26,364 bases of DNA from a virus (taxonomy: Duplodnaviria > Caudoviricetes), in IMG/VR virus record IMGVR_UViG_3300012665_001423, positions 1-26,364 of that record. One strand, written 5' to 3'. The position numbers and the translations under genes are program-made. Under the pieces are notes generated by a model. It did not search any database. It was given only the letters and a program-made list of their open reading frames with translations, and was not told where the DNA came from. Position 1 is the first letter of the stretch; the number at the start of each line of letters is the position of its first letter. This document shows, in pieces, positions 8,370 through 17,636 of this stretch.

Positions 8370-8393
8370 CGTTTGTCCCTGGCTGCAACTGTA
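8370..8393 (+). promoter_or_regulatory. Late-module motif copy 4; final A is the A of the ATG at 8393
   Basis: CGTTTGTCCCTGGCTGCAACTGTA(TG); first motif after the moron terminator. Confidence 0.6.
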
Positions 8394-8725
8394 TGGATAG
8401 CGCGCTATCAGCTGCCTGGCTTGCCGATGCCCAGGCTATCGTTCTGGAGATCGGGCAAACTGTTACGATCAACGGAACGGATTACCTGGCTACTGTCGGC
8501 GAACCTACCCTTACCCAATCCTTCGCGGCGGGCGGCCTGTCGGATACTGTCAGCGTTGTTATCAAAGTCCCTGCCACTAGCGCGGCCCTGGCTGCGAAGG
8601 CGCATATGCAGATCGGCAAAACCCTAACCTTTGACGGGCGCAGCCTGCGCGTTGTCGGCTTCAGCCATAAGCCAGGGACGGCCTGGCTGCAGCTTACTAC
8701 CCAGGACGCTGATCAGTTCCGATGA
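8393..8725 (+). CDS. Putative head-closure protein (gpFII-like)
   Basis: 110 aa, beta-rich, G-x-T-V-T-I and IGKTLTFDGRSLRVV patterns; first neck gene. Confidence 0.55.
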   Translation: MDSALSAAWLADAQAIVLEIGQTVTINGTDYLATVGEPTLTQSFAAGGLSDTVSVVIKVPATSAALAAKAHMQIGKTLTFDGRSLRVVGFSHKPGTAWLQLTTQDADQFR

Positions 8726-9705
8726 GCAAAAGCCCGTTAATGGCAGGGCAGGGAAAGGTTTATGTAGAGTTCGATCGGCTGTCCCAGGATTTGCTTTCTG
8801 CTCAGTTCGCCGATTACGCGAAGTTTACGGGCCAGGCGCTAGTCGATCTGGTCAAAGAAGAAGCCGCGCTTACCTGCCGCGAAGCGATGGTTTATTCCCC
8901 GCCGCTTGACGGGGAAGGCGGCGGCCAGGGCGATAAGAAGATTGCCGAAACCTGGGGTAACGCTGCGGTCGCGCGCGATGTCCAATCTGTCATTATGCCC
9001 GACAGTAAAAGCCTGGCTGCCGCCGTCAGCCCAGCTACGGGCAGCGGCAATAAGTTCGCTAAATGGAAGCAGGGTAAGCGCCCGAAAGCTGGTGTGCTTC
9101 AGAAGATTTATGACGATCAGGATTTCGCCCGATCCTATAGCAAGGCCCGAAACCTTTTCATCTATCGCGCTTATAACCTGGTCGGCCCTGTCGGCATCAA
9201 AGAAGAACACGACCGCGAACGCCGCTTCTATCGCGGGCGCATCAGGCGCAACAACGGGCCTTCGACTAAGGCCAGCCCAGGCAGCCAGAAGATCGCGCCC
9301 GAATCCGCGATCAAACAATACATCAAGACCAGGCAGCGCAGGGTCGGCTTTATGAAGGCTGGCTGGTTCGCCGCGATCAACAAGCTGGGCGCGCCTAAGA
9401 TCAACGGCGTTAGAAAGAACTTCGGCGTTAAAGCGCTGCCTGCCTGGATCAAGCGCCACGCTTCGAACTACGGGCAGGTTAGCATTGTCGGCGCTGAACT
9501 TGCCGCCGCAGGAACTTTGTCCCCTGGGGACAAGCGCCTAAACATTATCGTTAAGAACGATATCGGTAACATCTTCGGCGCAGCTACCCGCGCGGCAACG
9601 GCAGCCAAGGTTCTGTTTGTTCGCGCTGGTAAACTCAGCGCGCGCGTTGGGCATTTCCAGAAGATTGCCGCCGACCGATTTAACTCAGGCCAGAAGCAGG
9701 CTTAA
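8722..9705 (+). CDS. Putative neck/tail-completion protein (basic)
   Basis: 327 aa, Lys/Arg-rich, located between head closure and tail terminator positions. Confidence 0.45.
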   Translation: MSKSPLMAGQGKVYVEFDRLSQDLLSAQFADYAKFTGQALVDLVKEEAALTCREAMVYSPPLDGEGGGQGDKKIAETWGNAAVARDVQSVIMPDSKSLAAAVSPATGSGNKFAKWKQGKRPKAGVLQKIYDDQDFARSYSKARNLFIYRAYNLVGPVGIKEEHDRERRFYRGRIRRNNGPSTKASPGSQKIAPESAIKQYIKTRQRRVGFMKAGWFAAINKLGAPKINGVRKNFGVKALPAWIKRHASNYGQVSIVGAELAAAGTLSPGDKRLNIIVKNDIGNIFGAATRAATAAKVLFVRAGKLSARVGHFQKIAADRFNSGQKQA

Positions 9706-9709
9706 CTTT

Positions 9710-10147
9710 ATGGGAACTAAATCTATCCTGGATATTATCGAAACCGCCCTGGTCGCGAACCTGCAGGGCGAAGCCGACCTGGCTGGCTACCAGATCAGGG
9801 CCGCAGCCCAGGCCGATAAGATCGACCAGCCCGATAATATCATTGTTGCCTGCGAATCCGCTGGCGCGCCGCCTGGCCTGGCTCAAGGCCTGGGGAATTA
9901 CCTATGCCGCGTCAGCGTTGGCATCTTTACCCAGATCGATAGCGGCAGCCTGTCGGCGCATCGAACCGCCTGCCAGAACGCGCAGGGCCGCCTGGAAGAT
10001 CAGGCAGGCGTTAAGGCTTCGTTTAACGCTATCGGGGACGCGGCTGTTTATTACATCGATGTTCAAAGCATTGACGAAGGGCGCGGCGATCGGGCCTTTA
10101 TGACCACCCTAAACTTTGAAGTTCTAGTTGTCCTGGCTGCCGTTTGA
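9710..10147 (+). CDS. Putative tail terminator protein
   Basis: 145 aa acidic alpha/beta protein immediately before the tail tube; start at ATG 9710. Confidence 0.5.
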   Translation: MGTKSILDIIETALVANLQGEADLAGYQIRAAAQADKIDQPDNIIVACESAGAPPGLAQGLGNYLCRVSVGIFTQIDSGSLSAHRTACQNAQGRLEDQAGVKASFNAIGDAAVYYIDVQSIDEGRGDRAFMTTLNFEVLVVLAAV

Positions 10148-10164
10148 CCAGGCCCGCAATTATA
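10141..10164 (+). promoter_or_regulatory. Late-module motif copy 5, upstream of the tail tube gene
   Basis: CGTTTGACCAGGCCCGCAATTATA. Confidence 0.65.
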
Positions 10165-10177
10165 ACAACTAACTTCT

Positions 10178-10522
10178 ATGGCTACTGTAACGAAGGGAAC
10201 TGCCCATATCCACAGCATCAGCGGGACTATCACGGGCTTAACGATTCAGTCCTATACTGTTAGCAAATCCTTTGCCAACTCGGATGAAGTTACCAATGCC
10301 AGCGGCGTTGTGATCGGCGTTAAGATGTATGACGAACGCACGACTCTCCAGGTCGAAGGCCTTGTTCCCTCTGCCTATTCCGCTTCTATCGGCGATGCGC
10401 TTTCCTTCACGGGCAACGGCATCGCCTTCTCAGGCTTCATTCAGTCCATCGAAGAACGCGGCGAAGCGAAGGGTTATATGCGCATCAGCGTTAGCGCTAT
10501 CGATTACGAAGGTATTGCCTAA
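10178..10522 (+). CDS. Putative tail tube protein
   Basis: 114 aa, Ser/Thr/Gly-rich alternating beta pattern; synteny. Confidence 0.55.
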   Translation: MATVTKGTAHIHSISGTITGLTIQSYTVSKSFANSDEVTNASGVVIGVKMYDERTTLQVEGLVPSAYSASIGDALSFTGNGIAFSGFIQSIEERGEAKGYMRISVSAIDYEGIA

Positions 10523-10548
10523 GCGCAGCCAGGGACTAAGGTCGGTTT

Positions 10549-11145
10549 ATGGCTGACCGAAGATTTCTGAACGCGCACTTGATCGCGGCCCGAACAAATG
10601 TTCTGGGCCGCATTCTTTTACCCTTCTGCATCAAGCATAGGATTTGGCTGCAGGCTATCGATTCCCCGTTTCTGGAAAACGATAAGGAGATAGCGCCAGC
10701 CGATCTGATTGTAGGCCTGAAGGTATGCGCCGAAGAACCTTTCGGGAAGCCGACCTGGGCCGATCGCTGGCTTATGCTGCGTCTTACCCTCGATCGCAAA
10801 CTGTTCGCCGAAGGCTGCCGCGCCTTTGTCGCGCATATCGATACGCAGAAAGATTGGCCTAAGTTCTACGAAAAGAAGGACAGCCAGCGCGGCGGGGAAG
10901 GAACTGTTCCCTGGCAGTTGTCGGTCGTTGCGTCCCTATGCAAGAACGGCATCAGTTATTCAGAAGCGATGCAGATGCCCGAAGCGAAGGCGATCTGGCT
11001 GGCTGCGGTTTTCTCAATCCAGGGCGGCGCTAAGTTGGACATTCTTTCAACCGATGACGAAGAACTGATCGCCAGCCTGGACAAGCCTGGCGCGGTTGAC
11101 GGCGCGGCAACTGTAGGGGAAAGCCCGAATCAAAATGAGCAATAG
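10549..11145 (+). CDS. Putative tail assembly chaperone
   Basis: Located between tube and tape measure; C-terminal GISYSEAMQMP resembles the pre-TMP chaperone motif. Confidence 0.5.
   Translation: MADRRFLNAHLIAARTNVLGRILLPFCIKHRIWLQAIDSPFLENDKEIAPADLIVGLKVCAEEPFGKPTWADRWLMLRLTLDRKLFAEGCRAFVAHIDTQKDWPKFYEKKDSQRGGEGTVPWQLSVVASLCKNGISYSEAMQMPEAKAIWLAAVFSIQGGAKLDILSTDDEELIASLDKPGAVDGAATVGESPNQNEQ
11093..11115 (+). promoter_or_regulatory. Late-module motif copy 6, upstream of the tape measure gene
   Basis: CGGTTGACGGCGCGGCAACTGTA (6-nt spacer). Confidence 0.55.
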
Positions 11146-12574
11146 CCTAGAGTTCTCAATCAACGCGAAGGATAATACTTCTAAGGTTGTCGATACTGTT
11201 AACAAAAAGATTAACGGCTTCGGGACTGACCTGGCGAAAATGGCGCTGGGCGTAGCTGGCCCTATGGCCCTGGTTCAGATGGGAATCGGTATGATCGGGG
11301 ACGCGATCGAAGAATATAAGCAGAAGGTAGCCGAAGCGGTTAAGTTCGGTTCAGAACTTCCGAACCAGGCGAAGGCGCTTAACATCAGCGTAGAAGAATA
11401 TCAGCGCCTTGGCAGCGCAGCCGAAGCTGCTGGGGTCGGTATCGATACTGTCGCGCAGGCCTATGTCGAAGTTCGTAAAGCGATCGATGCCGCTAAAGAC
11501 CCTACCAGCAGCCAGGCCGCCGCGCTCCAGGCGCTAGGCTTCGCCGCTTCAGATATCGCCGCAGGCGCTATTAAGCCTATCGAAGTTATCGAGCGCCTGG
11601 GCCGCGCTATGTCAACGGGCGCGGATGACGCTACGCAGTTCAAGATCGCTTCAGGCCTGCTGGGAACTTCGGTTGAAAAACTTATTCCGATCCTGCGCAA
11701 AGCCCAGGAAGCAACCCAGGGTTATACCGATGCGGGCGATGTTCTCAGCGAAGAGGAAGCCGCGGTTCTGCGCGAATCCGAAATGGAAACGAAGAAGGCA
11801 GAACTTAAGGATAAGGTCGCGAAGGCCAGGGAGAAGGCGCGCGAAAAGATGTTCGAAGGCGATGCGGGCCAGCGCCGAAGGGCCGTCAAAGAAGAACTTT
11901 TCCCGACCCTTACCGAAGAACAAATGCGGGAGCAAAGCGGCGGTTCTATGATCCTGGAAGGCTACGGGCGGCGCATCAACTATAAGGACGGGCGGCGCGT
12001 TGCCGATACCTTCGAAAAGGATAGGCTTACTGACGAAGAACGCGATCTGATCATTAAGGCAGATGCCGACAAGGAGAAGGCCAGGAAGAAAGCCGAATCA
12101 GATGCCAAGGCCGCAGCCGATAAAGAGGCCGCCGCTAAACTCCAGGCAATCGCTGACGAAGCCGCTTCTAAGAAGCAGCGCGAAAAAGATGAGGAAAAGC
12201 GCCTGGCTGACGCTGACGCGGCGCAGATGCAAACCCTGGAAGATGAGGATAAGCGCCTGGAAGATGAAGCCAAGGCGAAGCAGAAGGCCGCCGAAGATAA
12301 GGCGAAGAAGGAAAAGGATGATCTAGGCAAGGCGCTGGACGCAGAAGCCAAGGCCGCCGAATCCGTCAAGTTCACGGGCAGCAGCCTGCGCGATATCGGC
12401 GGCGCGCTGGCGGGCGAAGCAGTTACCAGCGGCATCGATTACGCAGCCGCCACCCTGGACATTAACCAGAAGATTCTGATCGAGCTGCAGAAGATGAATG
12501 TAAAGACCCTGCCCGAAGTTCCTGATACGAACTTCACTAAGCCGACCAGGATCGGCGGAACTTTTGTCGCATAA
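11135..12574 (+). CDS. Tape measure protein
   Basis: N-terminal FSINAKDNTS, ISVEEYQRLGSAAE and LGTSVEKLIPIL segments typical of tape measure proteins; long helical K/E/A-rich region. Confidence 0.8.
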   Translation: MSNSLEFSINAKDNTSKVVDTVNKKINGFGTDLAKMALGVAGPMALVQMGIGMIGDAIEEYKQKVAEAVKFGSELPNQAKALNISVEEYQRLGSAAEAAGVGIDTVAQAYVEVRKAIDAAKDPTSSQAAALQALGFAASDIAAGAIKPIEVIERLGRAMSTGADDATQFKIASGLLGTSVEKLIPILRKAQEATQGYTDAGDVLSEEEAAVLRESEMETKKAELKDKVAKAREKAREKMFEGDAGQRRRAVKEELFPTLTEEQMREQSGGSMILEGYGRRINYKDGRRVADTFEKDRLTDEERDLIIKADADKEKARKKAESDAKAAADKEAAAKLQAIADEAASKKQREKDEEKRLADADAAQMQTLEDEDKRLEDEAKAKQKAAEDKAKKEKDDLGKALDAEAKAAESVKFTGSSLRDIGGALAGEAVTSGIDYAAATLDINQKILIELQKMNVKTLPEVPDTNFTKPTRIGGTFVA

Positions 12575-12579
12575 CTTTT

Positions 12580-13290
12580 ATGAGCCGCATCGTTACTAAG
12601 GGAAACATCAACGGGCTAGAACTGCAGCCTGATTGGACTATCGAATCTGACGGCTACGGGCTGCTTACTTCGCGCCTAACCTTTTACTGCCCAGGCGATC
12701 AGGCCGCTTCGAAAGCGCCGAAGAACGGGGACGCGCATCCCAGGGACGGCAGGCTGAAATGCCATAAATCGACCTACACGATTATCAAGGGCGAGCGCGC
12801 TAACATTATCGCGGAATATGTAGGCATCGAAGAAGGGGAGATTACGAAGATTCAGATTAAGGGCGATGTAGTTACGGGAACGCAGCCGATCCAGGCGCAT
12901 AAGGATTTCGTCAAAGTTCTTAAGCCGCTTGGCTGGGATACCGCTTCGCAATCGTTTAAAGAGACTAACGCGAAGGCTGTCGAAAACGGCCTGGTAGGGG
13001 TTAAGTCTTTTCTGACCGCCGATAGCCAGATCACCGCGACATTCTTTAGCGCGTCTAAATCGGTAGTCCAGGACGGCGTTGATATGGTCGGGCAAACCTT
13101 CCTTAAAATGGCGGGAATGGAAGATGTAGTTTTGCCGAAGGGGAATCAGAAGATCACTAACTTTCACGACCGCTTCGCGATGCTAACGGGCCTGAGCTAT
13201 GAGAAGTTCGCGCACCTTTACAAAGTGAACTTTACGATCCGCATCAGCCCTGGCGGTTATCATAACAAAATCTACACGAAGAAAAACTAA
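12580..13290 (+). CDS. Putative distal tail/hub protein
   Basis: 236 aa directly after the tape measure; GDAHP motif seen in tail-tip proteins. Confidence 0.45.
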   Translation: MSRIVTKGNINGLELQPDWTIESDGYGLLTSRLTFYCPGDQAASKAPKNGDAHPRDGRLKCHKSTYTIIKGERANIIAEYVGIEEGEITKIQIKGDVVTGTQPIQAHKDFVKVLKPLGWDTASQSFKETNAKAVENGLVGVKSFLTADSQITATFFSASKSVVQDGVDMVGQTFLKMAGMEDVVLPKGNQKITNFHDRFAMLTGLSYEKFAHLYKVNFTIRISPGGYHNKIYTKKN

Positions 13291-13302
13291 CCGCCCGAAC
13301 CT

Positions 13303-13794
13303 ATGCTGCAGCAAGGCGTTGGATATACAGTCAACAATTCTTCTGGCGGTCAGTCCCTGGTCGTTGACCAGATCGGCATCTACAAGGAAACGCTGCCGTT
13401 CTTTATTTACGAAGATACGACCGAAGCGGGCGCGCGCTGCTTCAGGCTTAACGCGGGGACATTCAACAATCAGTTCCCAACTGTCGGCGGCGCTCAGGTA
13501 GGCCAGCCTAACGCATACCTGGAAGAACCTAGCGCGACCAGCCTGGTAGTTCTGACTATCCCAGCCAGCGAAGGCGCGTTCCCAGCTGGAACTTGCACGA
13601 TCGCCTTGAGCGCTGGGACTACCGCGCCCGCTGCCGATGAAGGGGAAGCTTATGTAGTTCTAGGCAGGATCGATGTAACGACCGCCCAGGGCGGGGATAA
13701 AGAGTTCGCGGTATCTAACCTGGTCAGCGGCAGCCTGTGGGGTGAGCGTTTCCAATGCGGCGAACAACTTGAATATTGGTTTAGCCGAATCTAA
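13303..13794 (+). CDS. Putative tail tip protein
   Basis: 163 aa beta-rich ORF in the tail-tip cluster. Confidence 0.45.
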   Translation: MLQQGVGYTVNNSSGGQSLVVDQIGIYKETLPFFIYEDTTEAGARCFRLNAGTFNNQFPTVGGAQVGQPNAYLEEPSATSLVVLTIPASEGAFPAGTCTIALSAGTTAPAADEGEAYVVLGRIDVTTAQGGDKEFAVSNLVSGSLWGERFQCGEQLEYWFSRI

Positions 13795-14954
13795 TGAGCG
13801 TCCCGCATCGCATCGGCGCGGCCTTCTGCCGCCTGGGAGATTTGAACGACACCGAAGAAGCGCGCGCGCCTGGGCATAAATATAACCCGACAAACAAAGC
13901 CGATGCCGACAAAGGCCTGGCGAACGAAGGCGATTTTACCCCAGCGCGCGAAGGCTACGGCGGCGGCGCTAATTCTTATTTTACGAAATACCCTGCGTTC
14001 CTGATAACGAAAGCCAAGGGGACAAACATCGGCCCTTCTACCGAACTGCCAATCGTCAGGGTTTATCTTCAGCCTTATCGCAACTTCTGGGACTGTAATG
14101 TTATCGATGAGCGAACGGAAATAGCGGGCTATTATGCTGCCGACCCTGAGAATATGGGCGATCCTGCCGACCTTTACGCTAATACAACGGGCGCGGGTAA
14201 GGGCGAACTTGTCCAGCAGACCCTTACTGTTTATTGGGATCAAGCGCCGCCAGCCTACACCGACACGACCGAAGCCGAACTTGCCGAATACCCTGTTTAT
14301 CTTCCGCTTGCGGCTGGAGAACAAAGCGACTTTTACGCCGAAGATATCAGGCTTTACCCGCGCGGGGATTTCCAACCCTGGCGCTGGGGACACCTTCGCG
14401 GCTATATCGTTAAGGGCGATATGCTTTGCAGCCTGAGCGCGCGCAACATCAGGGCCGACCTGCTGGGCGTTCGCGCCTTTGACGCGGCAACAAACGGATT
14501 TGTTCAACTGCTTTGGCAGCCTTCCCTGGCTAATACCGATGGTATTTATTACTATAATACTTCGACCTGGCAGGTTAAGTTCAAGGCCGATCTATGCTGC
14601 TGGAACGAAGGCTATAAGGTAGCGGGCAAGGTTAAGATTTCCAGGCTGCCGCTGAAGTTCAGGCCTAACCCGCTTAACCCGCCTGGATCGCCTTACCTCA
14701 ATACTAACCCTACCCTGTTCTTTAATTGGCATCAGTTCTTCGGTAATGTCTTTGCGGTAGATGACACAGTTGAACCGCAGCCTTATGCCGAAATCGATTG
14801 GGAACTGACGATCGATGAAACGACCGCTGACGGGGAAGAACAGATCGCGCTTGAGTTCGACATACCCCAGGAAACGAACGGCACGATCAAAGAAGTTTAT
14901 TTTATCAGCGGCTTCGTTGTCGAATCCGTTACCCCACCGCCGCCGCCAGCCTGA
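13794..14954 (+). CDS. Putative tail/structural protein
   Basis: 386 aa, aromatic-rich, TAATG overlap with the previous gene. Confidence 0.45.
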   Translation: MSVPHRIGAAFCRLGDLNDTEEARAPGHKYNPTNKADADKGLANEGDFTPAREGYGGGANSYFTKYPAFLITKAKGTNIGPSTELPIVRVYLQPYRNFWDCNVIDERTEIAGYYAADPENMGDPADLYANTTGAGKGELVQQTLTVYWDQAPPAYTDTTEAELAEYPVYLPLAAGEQSDFYAEDIRLYPRGDFQPWRWGHLRGYIVKGDMLCSLSARNIRADLLGVRAFDAATNGFVQLLWQPSLANTDGIYYYNTSTWQVKFKADLCCWNEGYKVAGKVKISRLPLKFRPNPLNPPGSPYLNTNPTLFFNWHQFFGNVFAVDDTVEPQPYAEIDWELTIDETTADGEEQIALEFDIPQETNGTIKEVYFISGFVVESVTPPPPPA

Positions 14955-14962
14955 AGGCCTGC

Positions 14963-14985
14963 CGTTTGACGGGCTGGCAATTTTA
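14963..14985 (+). promoter_or_regulatory. Late-module motif copy 7, upstream of the tail fibre gene
   Basis: CGTTTGACGGGCTGGCAATTTTA (6-nt spacer). Confidence 0.65.
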
Positions 14986-14998
14986 AGAACCAACCCTT

Positions 14999-17485
14999 AT
15001 GGCCCTGCCTTCTGCTATCAAACTGTTTATCAATCCGCGAACGGGCCTGGCCTTCGGGAACTTCAACGGAACTTCTCAGATCACTAACCCGACAGTTACC
15101 CTGGGCGATACCGCCCGCTTTGAAATCTACCTGGTCGAAGATACGGGAATCAGCGGCTACCCGCGCCAGGAAGTTGCCTTCCCTGGAACGCCTGGCATCA
15201 AGATCGCGGTCGGCCCGATCGATGAAAGCCCGCAGGCTGGAACTTGGAAGGTTTCCTTTGGCGGGGACACGACCGCCGCGCTGGCCTATAACATCACGGC
15301 TGCCGCCCTGGCTGCCGCGCTTAACGGCCTGGCTTCTATCACGGCTGCGGGCGGCGTTACTGTCAGTAAGATCGGCGATAACTATAATATCGTTTTCAAC
15401 CAGAACGGAGCGCGCGGGGATATCCTTACTGACGGCGCTGCGCTCATTCCCCTTTCTAACGCTACTGTCGCGAAGCTTCAGATCGGCGATTCGACCAGGC
15501 CGCAGATCGCGCTTGTTCATTTGCAGCGGACTATCGCGGGCCTGGCAACTTCCTTCACCGCCACGGCTGCCAGCGCTATCACGATTGAAAGCCTTTCTGC
15601 CTGGGACGGCAGCCGCGCCACCTATCGCGCCAGCATTTCGCCTGACCCGAAGGGCGGCTCATTCTCCCTGGCCTTCGATGCCGCAACGGGGACGGATGTA
15701 AGCAGCGCTTCGATCGCGGTCGGCGCTTCGGCTATCGATGTTCAGAACGCGCTTAACCTTAGCGCGCTTGTCGATAAAGTCAGCGTTTCCCAGGTCGGCG
15801 CTTATGCTTACGATATTACTGTTACCGCGCAGCCTGGATCGGGCGGCCTGACCGCTAACGGCGCAGGCCTCATTTCCTTCAGCGGCTATGTCGGCGAACT
15901 GTCCCTGAATACCGCCGAAGCGATCAGCCTTCTGGACGGCGCGAACTTCGTTTCGACTAACCTAGAGGTTGAGATCACCAGCGATAGCAAAACCCTTACT
16001 GTCCTTCAAATCCCTTGCGTTCTTAAAAACGCGGTCATTGACGCTGGTTCGATCCAGCCGCTTGTCCTCGATACCTATCTGAGCCAGGCTGCTGCCGATG
16101 GTCGATATGCCCGCCAGGCTAACAACCTTTCAGACCTATCAAACATCAACGCGGCCCGAACCAACCTGGGCGTTTATTCTACCAGCAGCGTTGATACCGC
16201 GCTTTCCATTAAGGCTAATCTTTCTGGCGCTACCTTCAGCGGGGAAATCGCTACGCCTACCCTGGGCAATCTGCTTAACGCCGATCTGGTTATTGACAGT
16301 TATAATGACACGGGCGCGGGGACTCATTACCTGCACAAGTTCACGCCTTACGATGGCAAGTTCGTCCTGGCTGCCAACGGCGGCGGCCTTACCTTCCCAG
16401 ATGGAACGACCCAATCGACCGCGTTCGCTGGTTCTATTACCTGGGGTTCTATCAGCGGCAGCCTTTCGAGCCAAAGCGATCTGACCACCGCGCTAGGCCT
16501 TAAGGCTAACCTGGTCGCGCCTACCCTTAGCGGCGGCGTTGTTATCAACCGCAACCCTTCTGGGGCTACCCTTAAATTAGTTGACCCTGATTCTACTTTG
16601 TTCGGAACTGATTTTAATAATACAAACATCATTGTCCGCGCTGGAAATGCTGGAGAGTTCGGGAGAATGGACAGCCAGGCTTTTACGCTTCAGTCTGGTT
16701 CTAATACCGCTGGTTTTTCCGTCAGCGGATTTGTAATCAACGGCGCTGAACCTTACGCGCGCAGGTCGGGCGCTACCTTCACGGGCAAGATTAACGCTAC
16801 TTCGGTCGGCGGCGCGGCTGGCATCAATGTCGGCATCGGCGGCACAAGCGCGGCGGCTACTGTCGCGGGCGATGTTTGGATTACTACGGGCGGCGCGAAT
16901 CTTAATTATCGCGATGGCCTTGGAACTTGGCGCGTTACCGCAGGAACGGGTTTGCAGAATATCTTTTCAACGAACCAGGCGATTGACTGCAGCACGACTA
17001 CCCCAGCCCTTCGCGTTACGCAGCGCGGCGCAGGTTCGGCGCTGGTTGTCGAAGATCAGACTACGCCCGATAGCGATGCGCTGATTATTGACGCGAACGG
17101 AAACCTTGGCATCGGCGTTAGTAATAACCCTGGCAGCATCTGGTCGGGAACGGGTTACAAGTTGGAGGTTCGCGGCAGCATCTACGCGCAAAGCGCCTCT
17201 GTCTTTGACGATGGCCTTACGATCAATCAGAACGCGCTTACCGCTAACGCTGGCCTTAATGTTACGGGTTCTGTTCCTTTGGTTGTTACGGCTGAACAGG
17301 GCGTTCAACTTACCAATATGAAGTTTAGCGGTTCGTTCTATTTAAACCAGCAAACCTTTGACGGCATCGGAACGCAGGCCAATCCGAACACCAGCGGAAA
17401 TATTCATTACGCGGACTACCCGAACGAAATCGTTGTTCGCCTTAACGGAAACCTTTACGCCGTCCCTGCCCGTCAAATCGTCTAA
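14999..17485 (+). CDS. Tail fibre / receptor-binding protein
   Basis: 828 aa, Gly/Ser/Thr-rich; fibre motifs NNLSDLSNINAARTNLGV, GATF[ST]G repeats, LTFPDGTTQSTA and IDANGNLGIG. Confidence 0.8.
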   Translation: MALPSAIKLFINPRTGLAFGNFNGTSQITNPTVTLGDTARFEIYLVEDTGISGYPRQEVAFPGTPGIKIAVGPIDESPQAGTWKVSFGGDTTAALAYNITAAALAAALNGLASITAAGGVTVSKIGDNYNIVFNQNGARGDILTDGAALIPLSNATVAKLQIGDSTRPQIALVHLQRTIAGLATSFTATAASAITIESLSAWDGSRATYRASISPDPKGGSFSLAFDAATGTDVSSASIAVGASAIDVQNALNLSALVDKVSVSQVGAYAYDITVTAQPGSGGLTANGAGLISFSGYVGELSLNTAEAISLLDGANFVSTNLEVEITSDSKTLTVLQIPCVLKNAVIDAGSIQPLVLDTYLSQAAADGRYARQANNLSDLSNINAARTNLGVYSTSSVDTALSIKANLSGATFSGEIATPTLGNLLNADLVIDSYNDTGAGTHYLHKFTPYDGKFVLAANGGGLTFPDGTTQSTAFAGSITWGSISGSLSSQSDLTTALGLKANLVAPTLSGGVVINRNPSGATLKLVDPDSTLFGTDFNNTNIIVRAGNAGEFGRMDSQAFTLQSGSNTAGFSVSGFVINGAEPYARRSGATFTGKINATSVGGAAGINVGIGGTSAAATVAGDVWITTGGANLNYRDGLGTWRVTAGTGLQNIFSTNQAIDCSTTTPALRVTQRGAGSALVVEDQTTPDSDALIIDANGNLGIGVSNNPGSIWSGTGYKLEVRGSIYAQSASVFDDGLTINQNALTANAGLNVTGSVPLVVTAEQGVQLTNMKFSGSFYLNQQTFDGIGTQANPNTSGNIHYADYPNEIVVRLNGNLYAVPARQIV

Positions 17486-17494
17486 CCTTTTCTT

Positions 17495-17632
17495 ATGTCC
17501 TATATCCTCACCTTCCTGGTCGGCGCTATCGCTGGCCTTATCGGCGGCCTTCTGATCTACCGCAAGCATAGCGCTAAGTTCGCCCAGGCCGAAGCCAAGG
17601 CGCGCGAAGCCGCTGGGGTTATCCGCAAGTAA
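17495..17632 (+). CDS. Small single-pass membrane protein (45 aa; not in ORF track)
   Basis: MSYILTFLVGAIAGLIGGLLIYRKHSAKFAQAEAKAREAAGVIRK exactly fills the gap between fibre and lipoprotein genes. Confidence 0.75.
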   Translation: MSYILTFLVGAIAGLIGGLLIYRKHSAKFAQAEAKAREAAGVIRK

Positions 17633-17636
17633 GCCG

